64,000 bases of DNA. Source: Cyanophora paradoxa CCMP329. Its lineage: Eukaryota; Plantae; Glaucophyta. The DNA is taken from positions 124,001 to 188,000 of the forward strand of contig QPMI01000564.1 in NCBI GenBank assembly GCA_004431415.1. The letters run 5' to 3'. Positions 1-10,674 of this stretch are shown piece after piece (the stretch's first letter is position 1; the number at the start of each line of letters is the position of its first letter). The position numbers were made by a program, and so were the translations under genes. The notes under the pieces are model-generated. The model was not told where the DNA came from. It did not search any database and saw nothing but the letters and a program-made list of their open reading frames with translations.

Positions 1-479
1 CATGAACTGGACGGTCGCGCACGTGACCAGGCACCTCTTCGACTTCTGCCGCGCCCTCTTCGAGCCGCCCCTCCGGTGCCCCGCCCCCCGCGCCCCGCGC
101 GGCGCGCCAGGCCGTTGACGCCGGACAGGGCGGACCTGGCGCGGCTGCGGGACCTGGGGCTCGACGGCTTCGAGCTGGTGCAGCTCGCGGAGGAGTCGTG
201 CGCCGGCCGCCGCGCCGGCATGCGCGAGCACCTCGCCGCCAAAGGCTTCTCGGAGGTTCCCGGCCCGCCCGCCCGCCCGCCCGAAGCGACTCTGGCGACA
301 TCGACTGAGGCTTTCGCCCGCGCTTGTTGGTTCGCCCGCAGGAGGCGGCGCGGCGCGTGGGATACGTCGCCTCGCGCCTGGTGCACGCCTTCGCGGCTGC
401 GCCCGAGAACCAGGCGCAGCTGCCGGCCGTCGCCCCCTGGTACGGCCCCGCATTCCGCGCCCTCAACGGGATCCGATGA
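1..479 (+). CDS. 3' end of a gene with a SAM (sterile alpha motif)-like domain
   Basis: Splicing two GT-AG introns gives MNWTVAHVTRHLFDFCRALFEPPLR|ADLARLRDLGLDGFELVQLAEE...KGFSE|EAARRVGYVASRL...NGIR* (TGA 477-479). W-T-V-x-x-V and LDG-x-x-L fit the SAM pattern. The 5' end may lie outside the window. Confidence 0.5.
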
Positions 480-644
480 TCGCCGAGGGCCCCGTCTGCC
501 CTCGCGCACGTGTCGCATGTCCCTTCCGTTTGCAATTGCGTGTCCATAAAACGATTTTTTTATTACTGATCATGAGTTCAACGGCATCGCGTATCGAAGC
601 TAATTGAAAAGGCCTTCCTTCCTCGCGAACCCTTTTAAACCATC

Positions 645-842
645 CCCCCTCCCCCCCCCCCCCCCCCCCCCCGCGCCCCGGCCCTCCATGACTCCCCCTT
701 CGCGCCCCTCCCTCCCCCTCCCTTCCCTCCCCACCCCGCTTCCCCCCCCCCCCCCCCACCCCCTCACTCCCCTCACCCCCACCCCACCCCCACCCACCCC
801 CACCCACCCCACCCCACCACCCCACCCACCCACCCCCACCCC
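645..842. repeat. C-rich low-complexity tract
   Basis: Long C runs interrupted by single A/T bases between two convergent 3' ends; may include poor consensus sequence. Confidence 0.8.
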
Positions 843-952
843 TCTCGAGCTCCGGTCGCTTGTGCTCATGCGCATGGTGGAGGGAGCTGGGCAATAGCTA
901 AATATAGGCATACGTCCAATCTATAAGAGGTCGGGGAGAGCTCAAGGAGAAG

Positions 953-3900
953 TCAGCGTCGGAGGTAGCTCTTGTTACCGTTTGAGTTGATGTAGTATTG
1001 GCCGCCCCGAGGCCCCGTGTAGATCGTCCGGCCGCCCCCTGCAGACGAGCGCCCGCCGCCCGACGAGCGCCCCGGCCCCGGGCTGTAGGAGCACATGTCC
1101 CAGCCACCGCCGCCGCCGCCTCCGCCGCCGTAGTGCAGCATTGGCCGCTGCGCAGCCGCGTGAGCCGCCTCCATCACCTGGAAAAGGTTCATAATCAGAG
1201 ACGTCGACATGTATACAGCTGCAGCTCATCTGGCTATTTTGGGATCGGATCATTGACTGTTAAGATTTAGATTCAGAGCTGTTTGTTGTCTTCAGTGTCT
1301 CGTGATCATCGATGGTTTGATTTATAATTACAAATGTGCTTTGTCTCCAGCATATATATAGGAAGCACGTGCACGAACCTGGCGTTCCAAGGACTGGAGA
1401 CGCTTCTGTCCCTCGCTCGCCATCTTTTCGAGGTCCTCCGTCAGGCGCCGGTTGTCCAGCTGCGTGGAGGCAAAGCATTTAAATTTAAGCTGTAATTGCA
1501 TGAACAGCAGCGGAATTTTTCGCGCCTTCATCTGGTCCAAGCCCTGCGTCATTTTCTCCATCGCGCTGGCGTGCGCCGCGCGGCGGGCGGCCTCCTCCCG
1601 CTCGCGGCCCCACGCGCGCAGCGCCGCCTCGACCTCGGCAGCCAGCTCCCGCTCCAGGCCCTCCCGCGCGGCCGGCAGGCCCGGCACGTCCCCGCGAGCC
1701 CCGCCTGCTGGAACGCCTCGCGCGCCTTCCCCAGCGCCGCGTCGACGCGGGCCTGCGCCGCCTCCCGACTTGCGCTCTCCGCCCAGTTCTCGGCGCCGAG
1801 GGCGCTCTGGGCGGCGCGAATAGCGCGGTGGACGGCGCCCTGGAGGGCGGAGGCCGCCGCGGTGGCGTTGCGGCTGCGGGCATCCGCCTCGACGGCGTCC
1901 GCGAGGGGCCGAACTCGCGCGGGGGCTCGCGCCCCCGGCCGCCTGCCGCGCGGCCGCGAGCGCCTCGCCCAGGGCCGAGGCGCCCATCGGGAGCGGCAGC
2001 CTCGCGAGGGCCTCCCGAAGCGCGCGCTCCGCGCCCATGAGCGCCCTCGAGGCGGCCGCGTCGCGCTTGACGGCCATGTGCTGCACCAGGACCATGCCCT
2101 TCGAATTTAAACCAGTCAGAGCAAATATAAAATTTCGGAAAATGCACACGGAGGCCGAATGAAAAACCGAACCTCGTCCTCTGCGGCCCTGTAAACGTCC
2201 TGAATCGCCTTGTCTATTTCAGGGCAGGCGAAGGCGCTCGCGTCGGCGTCCTGCGCAATAATTACTTCACACATTTGCGCCCGACGTTTGAATTACGACT
2301 CAGTTGCAACGATGCAGTCTGATTTCGGACGCACGGGAACGCCTTCCAGATCAGGAGCGGTGATACTTCGGGACGCCGCGAGCCCGAGCAGCTCGTCCGC
2401 GAGGTCCTCCGCCCAGGCGGACACCTGCGGCCAGCTGCAGTTTGAGTTCGGGTGTGAATATAAACGACATCGATGTGGGCGCCTTCTCCCTTAGAGCCGC
2501 CTCGTCCAGCACGCCGGGGGCGTCGCGGAGGGCCGCCGCCCGCCCCCGCAGCTCCGCCCGCGCCTTCGCGGCCGCCTCCGCGAAGAAATCCCTCAGGGCG
2601 CCCGCGTTCCTGGACGCGACGTCCGCCGCCCACTGCGCCAGCTCGCGCCGCAGGGGCCCCTTGCCCTCCTCCCGGTCCGAGGACGGCACGCCGGCCGAGG
2701 CCGCCTCGGACTCGTACAGCCTCTCGCACTCGTGCGCCAGCTCGCGGGCGGCCGCCGCGAGCGTTCCGGCGTTGACGGGCAGGGGCGGCAGCTTTGCGTT
2801 CGCGGTCTGCCGCCAGCGCTCCGCGGCGGCAGCCCGGGCCCGAGCGCAGGCCGCCTGGTACAGGGCTTGCATGACCGTCGGAAAGTCCAGTGCTCCCGAT
2901 GAGCCAATCTGCCGCGAGGAGTCACAATCACAAACCGGAATTAAATATCATGACCATGACCATTGTGCCACGATCGAAAAGAATAACAATCACAGGAATT
3001 TAATCCAGGGCTTACCGAGCTCGTAAGAGCAGAGATGAAGTCAACCGCGCGCGCTTCAGACGAGATGAGAGGAGCAATAAGGTGCGTCATGGGCTGCGAG
3101 AGCTGAAGCGGAATCGGGCGTCAGACATATGTACATACGCGAGCGGCGCCCGTGATTCAATCTTAGAATTAAAACGCTTCAAGGCGTACCTGAGTAGCGA
3201 TGGCCCGTACTAGTTGGTGTATTTTATTGATAAAAGACGGAGAGAGCTCCGCGAAAGGAATACTCGAAGTCCTGAGCGTGAAACGGGAAAGCAAATCGAT
3301 TCAGGCGTCGAAGATGGGAATTTACAAACCAATCGCGAATATTAATCGCACCGCTGAATGACGTCCGCTTCGCATGGCGGGGGCACGTTGTGAACGGTGA
3401 CAGAACAGAACGCGCGCTTGATCTCGTCGCGGACGCTGGCCACACTTTTCTCGTGCTCCTCGGTCGCGTTCTGCGCATGGAATCAGCCGCGTCAGCGCTA
3501 CGCAGCTGCGTCGTCGGTGCGGATCCGGACCTCGGGGTACTGATCGAACAGATAGTCCTGGTACTCCTCCGCAGTGTCTGCGTTTGTCCAGTTCCGAAAA
3601 ACGATGTGCAGGTGTCCCAGCAGGGGGCGCCTTGAACTAGAGCTCGAGCTGCCGGCCCCGGTGCGGGTCTGCGGCGAATAATTGAAAATATTCAGTTCGT
3701 ATTCGAGCCTTGTGTCGGCGCAATTGCAATGGATAATAAATTGATACACACCTCAGTTGCGAGCGCTTCTGCCACTTTCGCTTGCTGCCGCAGGAGTTGC
3801 TTGCAGGCGTAGGTGAGGGAACCGACCTGTCCAGAGGAAAAACGTATACGTAATTATTAAAACTTTGAGGAAGATTGACGAATTGGGTGGCGCGAATCCA

Positions 3901-4848
3901 AACCTCGTCCAGGAACCTGTTCAGGCCGAGGCGCCCCGAAAAGTTGACCACGACGACGCTCGCCGCCGCGATGGAGGGGAGGACGACCTGGCCAAGGCCC
4001 CGCGCGCGGCGGCGAGGGCCATTGCCATCAGACTCGCGCTCCAGCGCTGCCTAGATTCAGATCTGGAGGTCTAGATACCTGAAGATCGTACTTCGCTTCG
4101 CGGTTGCCCATGCCTTCCGTGTCAAGGAAGCGAATCTGCGAGTGCGTGATTCATGAATATTTAATCTTGAATGTCAGGGCGCGTTTTAATATTGGACGGC
4201 GCCCCAGGGCCCGCCCGCGTCCAGGCCCTGCGGCACTCGCGATCGCACCTCGGAACAGTGCTCCGGCTGCTGCCGGACGTCCGAAATCTCGTGCCGGCGG
4301 AGAAGATCTCCGAAGGACAGGGCCGGCTCATTCGTGTCGATGCCAACCTGCGCATGCACGGGCATCATCAGCCACATGTATGTACATGTGCACACGCGTA
4401 CTACGCATACGGTTCGTATACGAACCGTGAGGGAGTCCCTGTTCTGAACGTCGAAGAGGCCCTCAGTGCCGACGATGCAGTTGGAAAGGTACGACTTGCC
4501 AGTGCGCGTGGGTCCTGCGCAAACGCATAGTCGCCCGCGACCGCGGATATTGATTCATGATCAGAACTTCCGGCCGATTTGCGGCCGCGGCAGCTCGGGG
4601 AGCCCGCGGCCGCTGGCATGCGCAGCTACGTATGCAGATCTAGAGCGAGCCTCGCGATCGGATCATGATCGGAGGCCGCGCCTAGGCTAGGTTCGGTTGC
4701 AATTGCTCGCACCGAGGACCGACACGAATCGGAAGCCGGGGCGGCCGCTGGCCAGCGTGCGCCGCGCTTCCTCTGGGACGCCCACGCTCCCCGGGCTCCC
4801 GCCCGCCTCGCGGTCGCCGACGGGCTTGAGGACCTGGACGACCCGCAT
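953..4848 (-). CDS. GBP/atlastin-family large GTPase A (multi-exon) with helical domain and Gly-rich/GPRGG C-terminal module
   Basis: Hand-spliced: MRVVQVLKP...FRFVSVL|GPTRTGKSYLSN (G1) ...DSLT|VGID (G2) ...IRFLDTEGMGNREAKYDLQ (G3) |VVLPSIAAASVVVVNFSG ...HLHIVFRNW (G4 position), then Ala/Glu-rich helices and GGRTIYTGPRGGQYYINSNGNKSYLRR*. ATG at 4848, TGA at 953-955. Confidence 0.88.
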
Positions 4849-5046
4849 TGCTGCTTCAGTTCCCTCAGCTTACCCGCGGCGCAGGCTGCAGGCTACAGCT
4901 ATAGCGCTAGCTAGGCCGGGCCGGCCGCGCCTCCGGCTGTGCAAGATATCTTGAAATCGGAATTTCAAGTTTTTAAATTCGGAGCACCCGCTGCCACCCC
5001 AGGCCCGCCGGGCCGGCCCCTAGGCCTCCTCAGGAGTCAGGGCCTA

Positions 5047-5292
5047 CCGTAGACGACTTAAATACCGCGCCACATATTACCGCGTTCTAAAAGTTTTGCG
5101 CCGGTAGGCGCTTTAGCGCGGTACCGAATTAGCGCGTTTTCATCAAATTGGGGTACGGCCCATGCAAAACTGCTAGCAAATCTAAGCAAAAAACTATTAC
5201 CGCGCTACCAAATTTCCGCGTTATAAAAATTTTGAGCGCGGTAATATGGTAGCGCGGTAGTTAAGTCAGCGCGGTATATAAGTCGTCTACGG
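5047..5292. mobile_element. pogo/Tc1-mariner-like MITE
   Basis: TA|CCGTAGACGACTTA...TAAGTCGTCTACGG|TA terminal inverted repeats with TA duplication; internal TACCGCG/CGCGGTA repeats in both orientations; no ORF. Confidence 0.85.
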
Positions 5293-5937
5293 TACAGGCT
5301 ACAGCCTGAAGCTGCAGCCGCAGGGCCGGCGGGCCCGCAGCTGATCATGAGCCGGGCTGCTGACTCGGCGGGAGTCGGCGCTGAGCCGAGCCTACCGTAG
5401 TAGTACGTATACCGTGACATGGGTATTACCGTCACACGGGCCGTAGCCGCCGTAGCGTCGTACGGTAGTACTACGTACTACGGTATACGGTAGCCTAGGA
5501 TCAGCGGCTTAGTCACTGAGTCAATGTTTATATGCATGTCGGTCCATTGTCGGATCGTCTGATGATCTCGTGAACACAGTTCACGTTCCCGGAGTCCGAA
5601 CAATGGATTGATGCGAATCTTTCATGAATCACGAAATCGAAGTTCATTGAACACAGGTCACACAACTCGGTTAAACTTGAAAAACAACGTTGAACTCGGC
5701 GTCAAGTTGCCGATCTCAGATCATCGGATCGCGGTCACAATTCATGATCACGATCCGAATCATCGATCCGATGAGCATCGGATTCGCGATCGCGATCCTT
5801 CATGATCGGTGTCACGATTGCGATCGCGATCGATCGGCTCGGATCGGCGTCGATTCGGCGATCGCTGCGCAGTGCGCATCGATATCACGCATCATGGCAT
5901 GCCATGGCCCATGGTGCTGCTGCATGCAAACTTTGAC

Positions 5938-6265
5938 TGAGGCAGTGATCCGGCAGGGCGTTTTTGGCCAAAGCTTAGCTAATCGCAGGTACTTAGCGCG
6001 TTTGCGGAGGTACCATTACGTCATTCCGGAAGGTGTTAGAGGTTTCACAAGCTAGCGAAGTGCGATTTAGTAAGTTTTTTGACGCTGGTGTGGCCATACC
6101 AGCGCCAAGCCACATTTCGCTAGCTGAAAGCCAAAGCTTAGCAAACCTCTACGTTGGTGCTCCTAGTAATTCGCTAGGAGTCGAACTAGTTCGGAACGGA
6201 GTCAAGCTAGCGACGAAACCTTAAGCTAGCCGCGCTTAAGGATGCCCTGCCGGATCACAGCCTGA
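5938..6265. mobile_element. small inverted-repeat-bounded element (MITE-like)
   Basis: Perfect 15-bp inverted repeat GTGATCCGGCAGGGC (5945-5959 / 6244-6258), extendable to 22 bp with 2 mismatches; internal AAGCTTAGC/AAGCTAGC repeats; no clear target-site duplication. Confidence 0.5.
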
Positions 6266-6569
6266 ACTCGGAAAGCGCACTGCGGCATGCATGCAAACTT
6301 TTGAAAGCGCGATCGGCTCGAGCTCGAGCACTGCGGCAGGCCGCAGGGGTGCGCATGCGCGCTGTGCGGCTTAGGGAAGTCAGTAGCCGGCTACTACTGG
6401 TAGCCGCAGACGTGCTGCAGTTGCAGGCTTCGATCGATCGCAGCGCCTTATAATTAGCTAGCTCCCTACGAACGCGTATACGTAAAGCTACGCCTCGGGC
6501 GCCGGCTATAGTTAACGATATCTGGATCAGCACCGATCGCGATCAGCTACATCTAGCACAGCTCAACCG

Positions 6570-9500
6570 ATGCGGCTCTTGGCGTGGTGCAGGCCCTCTG
6601 CGCGGGAGCTCGAGCTCGCAGCAGAGGCCGGCGCCCTCGACGCTCTCCGCCCCGCCGCTCGAGTGCGGCTCGTCGCGGTGATCGGCCCGTGCCGGACGGG
6701 GAAGTCGTGGCTCGCGAACCAGCTGTGCGGCCAGGACGTCTTCCTCGTAACGAATGGCCGACCTCAGACGAAGGGCGCGGAGCTCTCTCCTCTCGCAGAA
6801 CTGCCGGTATACGTACGTTCCTTTCGATGCTTCATGCATATGATCGATGTCATGATCACTCATCATGGCATGCATATGATCGAATCATGCATATATATGC
6901 TCGGCAGGGCGCGTCGGGGCCCGGAGACACTGTTAAAGTTGCGTACATCGATGTGGAAGGATTTGGCGACGGATCGCCTGCCCAGGATGCGCAGCTCGCG
7001 ACGCCTCTATTGGCCGTCTCGTCCGCCGTCGTCCTCAACATCGACGGCCAGGGCAACTTCGGTCGCGCGCGGCTCCTCGATGATGTCGCGGTCATCGAGT
7101 TCGTCGCGTCGCGCACCGTCGACGACCTGCACAGTCGCGCACACGCGCAGCCGCCGCCGCAGTCCGCCTCGACGATTTCAAGCGCTTCCGTAGCCAGTGC
7201 GGCGTCAACGGCTGGTTTGCATTTGATGATTTGCTTGTCTTCGAATTCGCACTGCGGCATCCGCGCTAAATCTGAATTTACGTGCCATCGCGTAGAGATC
7301 GGTCCGGATCCGCCCTTTGGGGCCCTGCACATTGTCTACCGGAACTGGACCAGCAAAATGCCGGCCGCCGAAGTGGAAGCGTCCCTGCTCTCCGACGAGG
7401 CGTCGGGCCCGGAGGCCGAGATCGCGACCCGCAACGCCCGCCGCGCCCGCCTCCGCTCCGCGTTCGGCCGCATCAAAGTGCACTGCCTCCCGACGCCGGC
7501 GTCGCCAGAGGCCATCGGCTCCTCCGACAGCCTTCCTCTCTCTTCGACGACGGCGAAATTCCGGGAGGCTTTGGGAGACCTGCGCAAATCTTTGTTGGAG
7601 GACCTGCGGGCTCCTGTGCCGCCTTTCCGGGCCGGCCTCCCCGCGGCCCGCTGCAGCGGCCCGATGGTGGCCGCGCTTTTAAAAGAGCTGACGGGCGCTG
7701 TGCGCACATTTCATTGACCTCCACCCCCCGCATCCACCCACCTGCACGTGCACGTTGTCATGAACTTTTCATCGCGCGCCAGAATGCCGGCGGCGCGGGC
7801 TGGAGCATCCCCTCTGCGCTCGAGGCGGCGCGGGACGGCGCCGCCCGCGCCCTCGTCGAGGCGGTCGCCAGCCGCGTCCTCGTGCCCTCTCCGCCCGACC
7901 GGATCCTCGCCGAGTCCGCGGTGGAGGCCGAAGCGCAAGCGGCGTGCACGCACGCATACGGCGAGCTGAAGAGCAAGGTAAAATCCACACAAGATAGGCC
8001 ATCGCGCTCGTTGCTACAAATTAATATTTACGAATACTATAATTAATCCCCTCATGTTAATTCTGGCACGCCCGTAGATCGAAGAACTGTTTGCGAGCCC
8101 AGGCAACCCCGAGGTCGCATCCGCAGTACGCAGGTCCGTGGAAGGATCCGCATCTAATAAGTTCTCGAGAAAATGTCGTCTTTTTGCGAACCATTTCGCA
8201 GATACTCTAAGGAGTTGACGCCTCTGTGCGAGGCGTTCATGAGGAATGAGATCGCGGCCGCATCCCAAAGGCTCGCAGCTGCCATCGAGAAGGTGTGCTC
8301 CGATCATCGGATCGCCTATAGCTAACTAAAAGCTCGCCCCTCCAATCAACGTTAACATCGATATTTTGATTCTAGATCTCATCTTTCATTCCTGCAGGTC
8401 CAGAGCTCGGCATCGCAGATTGTGCGCTCCTACGTGGAGCAGCTGACGCAGTTGACCTTCGACTTCAACGTCGACGTCGACCGAAGCGGCGCGAGAGCGG
8501 CGCCAGCGTCGCTTTGGCTCAAGCGAGTCGTGTCTCTCGGGAGCGGGAGAAACAAGGTCGAGGTCCCCTTCCCGATGGGCGATGCGGCCGCCGTCAAAGA
8601 GACGGCGCACTCCACCGTGAACGCGGCTTTCTCCACGAGCTTTCTGGCAGCGCTCACCGACGAAATGACGCAGCTGCAGCAGGTTCTTGCGTGCCGTTTT
8701 TTGCATGGGCCAATTCGATTCGCAACAAACGCTGGCGATCGCGACCGCAGGGCCTTGTGGGCACGTTTTTGCCAGCTCTTTCGAGCACCAACGAGAGAGC
8801 CCTCCTTGCTGCGCGGAGGGCGCTCGATGAGACCCTCGGTTCGCATGAATATTTGATTTGCTGTCCATTTCGAATTCTTTTTCGAGAACTGAGCGAGGCA
8901 CTGCATGCAGCGGGCGTTTTGGGCGCCATCGGCCGCACCGAAAGCGATCTCTCGCGGCGCGGCACGATGGCTCGGGAGGACCTCGCGCGGGCCTTCGACC
9001 GCTCCGCTGGCGTCTCGTGGCCCGCGGTGGAGGGCGCGCCGCCATCGCTGCGGGGGCACGTCGAGTCGTGCAAGAGCGAGGTGGCTCGCGCGCGGACGGG
9101 CGCCATCGATCGGCTGGCGGCGGCCGTCACCGCCACGGCGCTCGCGGCGCTGCGGGCGGCCGCGCAGGAGGCGCGCCAGCAGAGCGGGTACCGCCCGCTC
9201 GCCGACGGGCAGACGCTGTGGCGGGAGGCGACCGCCCAGTACCCCGAAGTGCTGCTGGCGCCCCCCGAGGAGGTGGCCCGAGAAGCCCAGGCGTTCTACG
9301 CCGTAGCGCAGGCCAACGCGGCGCGGTACCGGGAGCAGCTCGCGCGGGACGAGCGGGAGCGCCGGCAGGAGCAGGAGTGGCTCCGCCAGCAGGAGCAGGA
9401 GCAGCAGCGGCGCGACGAGCTCGCCCGGCGGCAGGCGGAGGCGCAGCGCCGCCAGTCGGAGCGCGAGAGCGAGCTGCAGAGGCGGCTCGAGGCGATGTCT

Positions 9501-9851
9501 CTCAGCGGTGCTGATACTTTCCAGCTTTTAGCGGATATCCGCCATCTTATCATCCTTTATGCAGGGGCATATGGTGCCGGTGGGTATGGCGGATACGGGG
9601 GCGGCGATCCGTTCGGCCTTGGTGGGGGTTATGGGTATGGGGGTGGCAATCCTTTCGGCCTCGGAGGGGGTTACGGATACGGAGGTGGGGATCCGTTCGG
9701 CCTCGGCGGGGGCGGTTTCGGCGGCATGGGCGGCTACGGCGGCGGCTACGGTGCGGGGCCATCGGGGGGCGGCCGGACGATCTACACGGGGCCGCGGGGG
9801 GGCCAGTACTACATCAACGGCAACGGCAACAGAACCTACATCCCGCGCTGA
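6570..9851 (+). CDS. GBP/atlastin-family large GTPase B (multi-exon) with coiled coil and Gly/Tyr-rich/GPRGG C-terminal module
   Basis: VRLVAVIGPCRTGKSWLANQL (G1), PQTKGAEL (G2), AYIDVEGFGD (G3), LLAVSSAVVLN, ALHIVYRNW (G4 position), helical region, Q/E/R coiled coil, three GGG[DN]PFGLGGG repeats, then GGRTIYTGPRGGQYYINGNGNRTYIPR*. Confidence 0.9.
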
Positions 9852-10258
9852 CCTCTTCCCGGCAATGCAGCGAGCTCGAGGATCGATCTGGATCGGTACC
9901 TGTCGACCGGCTGCGCGATGCTGCAGTTGGGTCTGATACCCCGGTTGTTGATTTCTGCAGCCTTGCAATATTATTGGCGAGTTCGAGCAGTATATATTTA
10001 TTCATGCAACGCAGTTTAGATTTATTTCTGCAGCCGTGGCGAGCGGTTGGTCTGTCTGCGAACGTAACATAGGGTTCAATTAAAAGGCTCACGTTTTCTT
10101 TGTATACAGGGAGGGGAGAGAAGGCCTTTCGCCCCCATGTCAATATTTTCTGAATTCGGAAGAGCGAATTGGAATTCGAATCGCTTACAATGTGACTCTT
10201 CCAGTTTGTGCGGCCTCACTTCGTCGGACACTCCGAGAAAAAAAAGACGCCCGCCCCC

Positions 10259-10289
<31 letters not shown>

Positions 10290-10674
10290 CATCGGCCATT
10301 GCAGCTCCCGGCAATCGAGCTGCACTATAGCTTTCACGGGCTACAAATGGGGGGCGCCCTCTCTGTTGGCCCCCACAGCTTCGCCTAACCGAATTGCGTG
10401 GGCCCCCCCACCCCACCCCCCCCCCCCCCCCCCCCTACCGACTACGTACCGCCAACGCGAGCCCAAGAAGGACACCCCGCCCAAGTTCTCCCCCAAGGCC
10501 ACACTGAACGCTCCGAGCTAGCGTCGAAGCGCCTATCCCTGTGTACCGGCCACAGGTCATGAGCTGACCCAGAGTTCGGCCTATTCCGAACCGGTAGTGC
10601 ATACCGTAGTACGTTGAAGTCAGTGGTCTGAAAATAAAACCAGCGCCCAAGAATTGGGCTATCCTGAAAAAAAG

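Noticed and set aside
463-911. Poly-Pro and poly-Gly ORFs
   Set aside because: They are translations of the C-rich tract.
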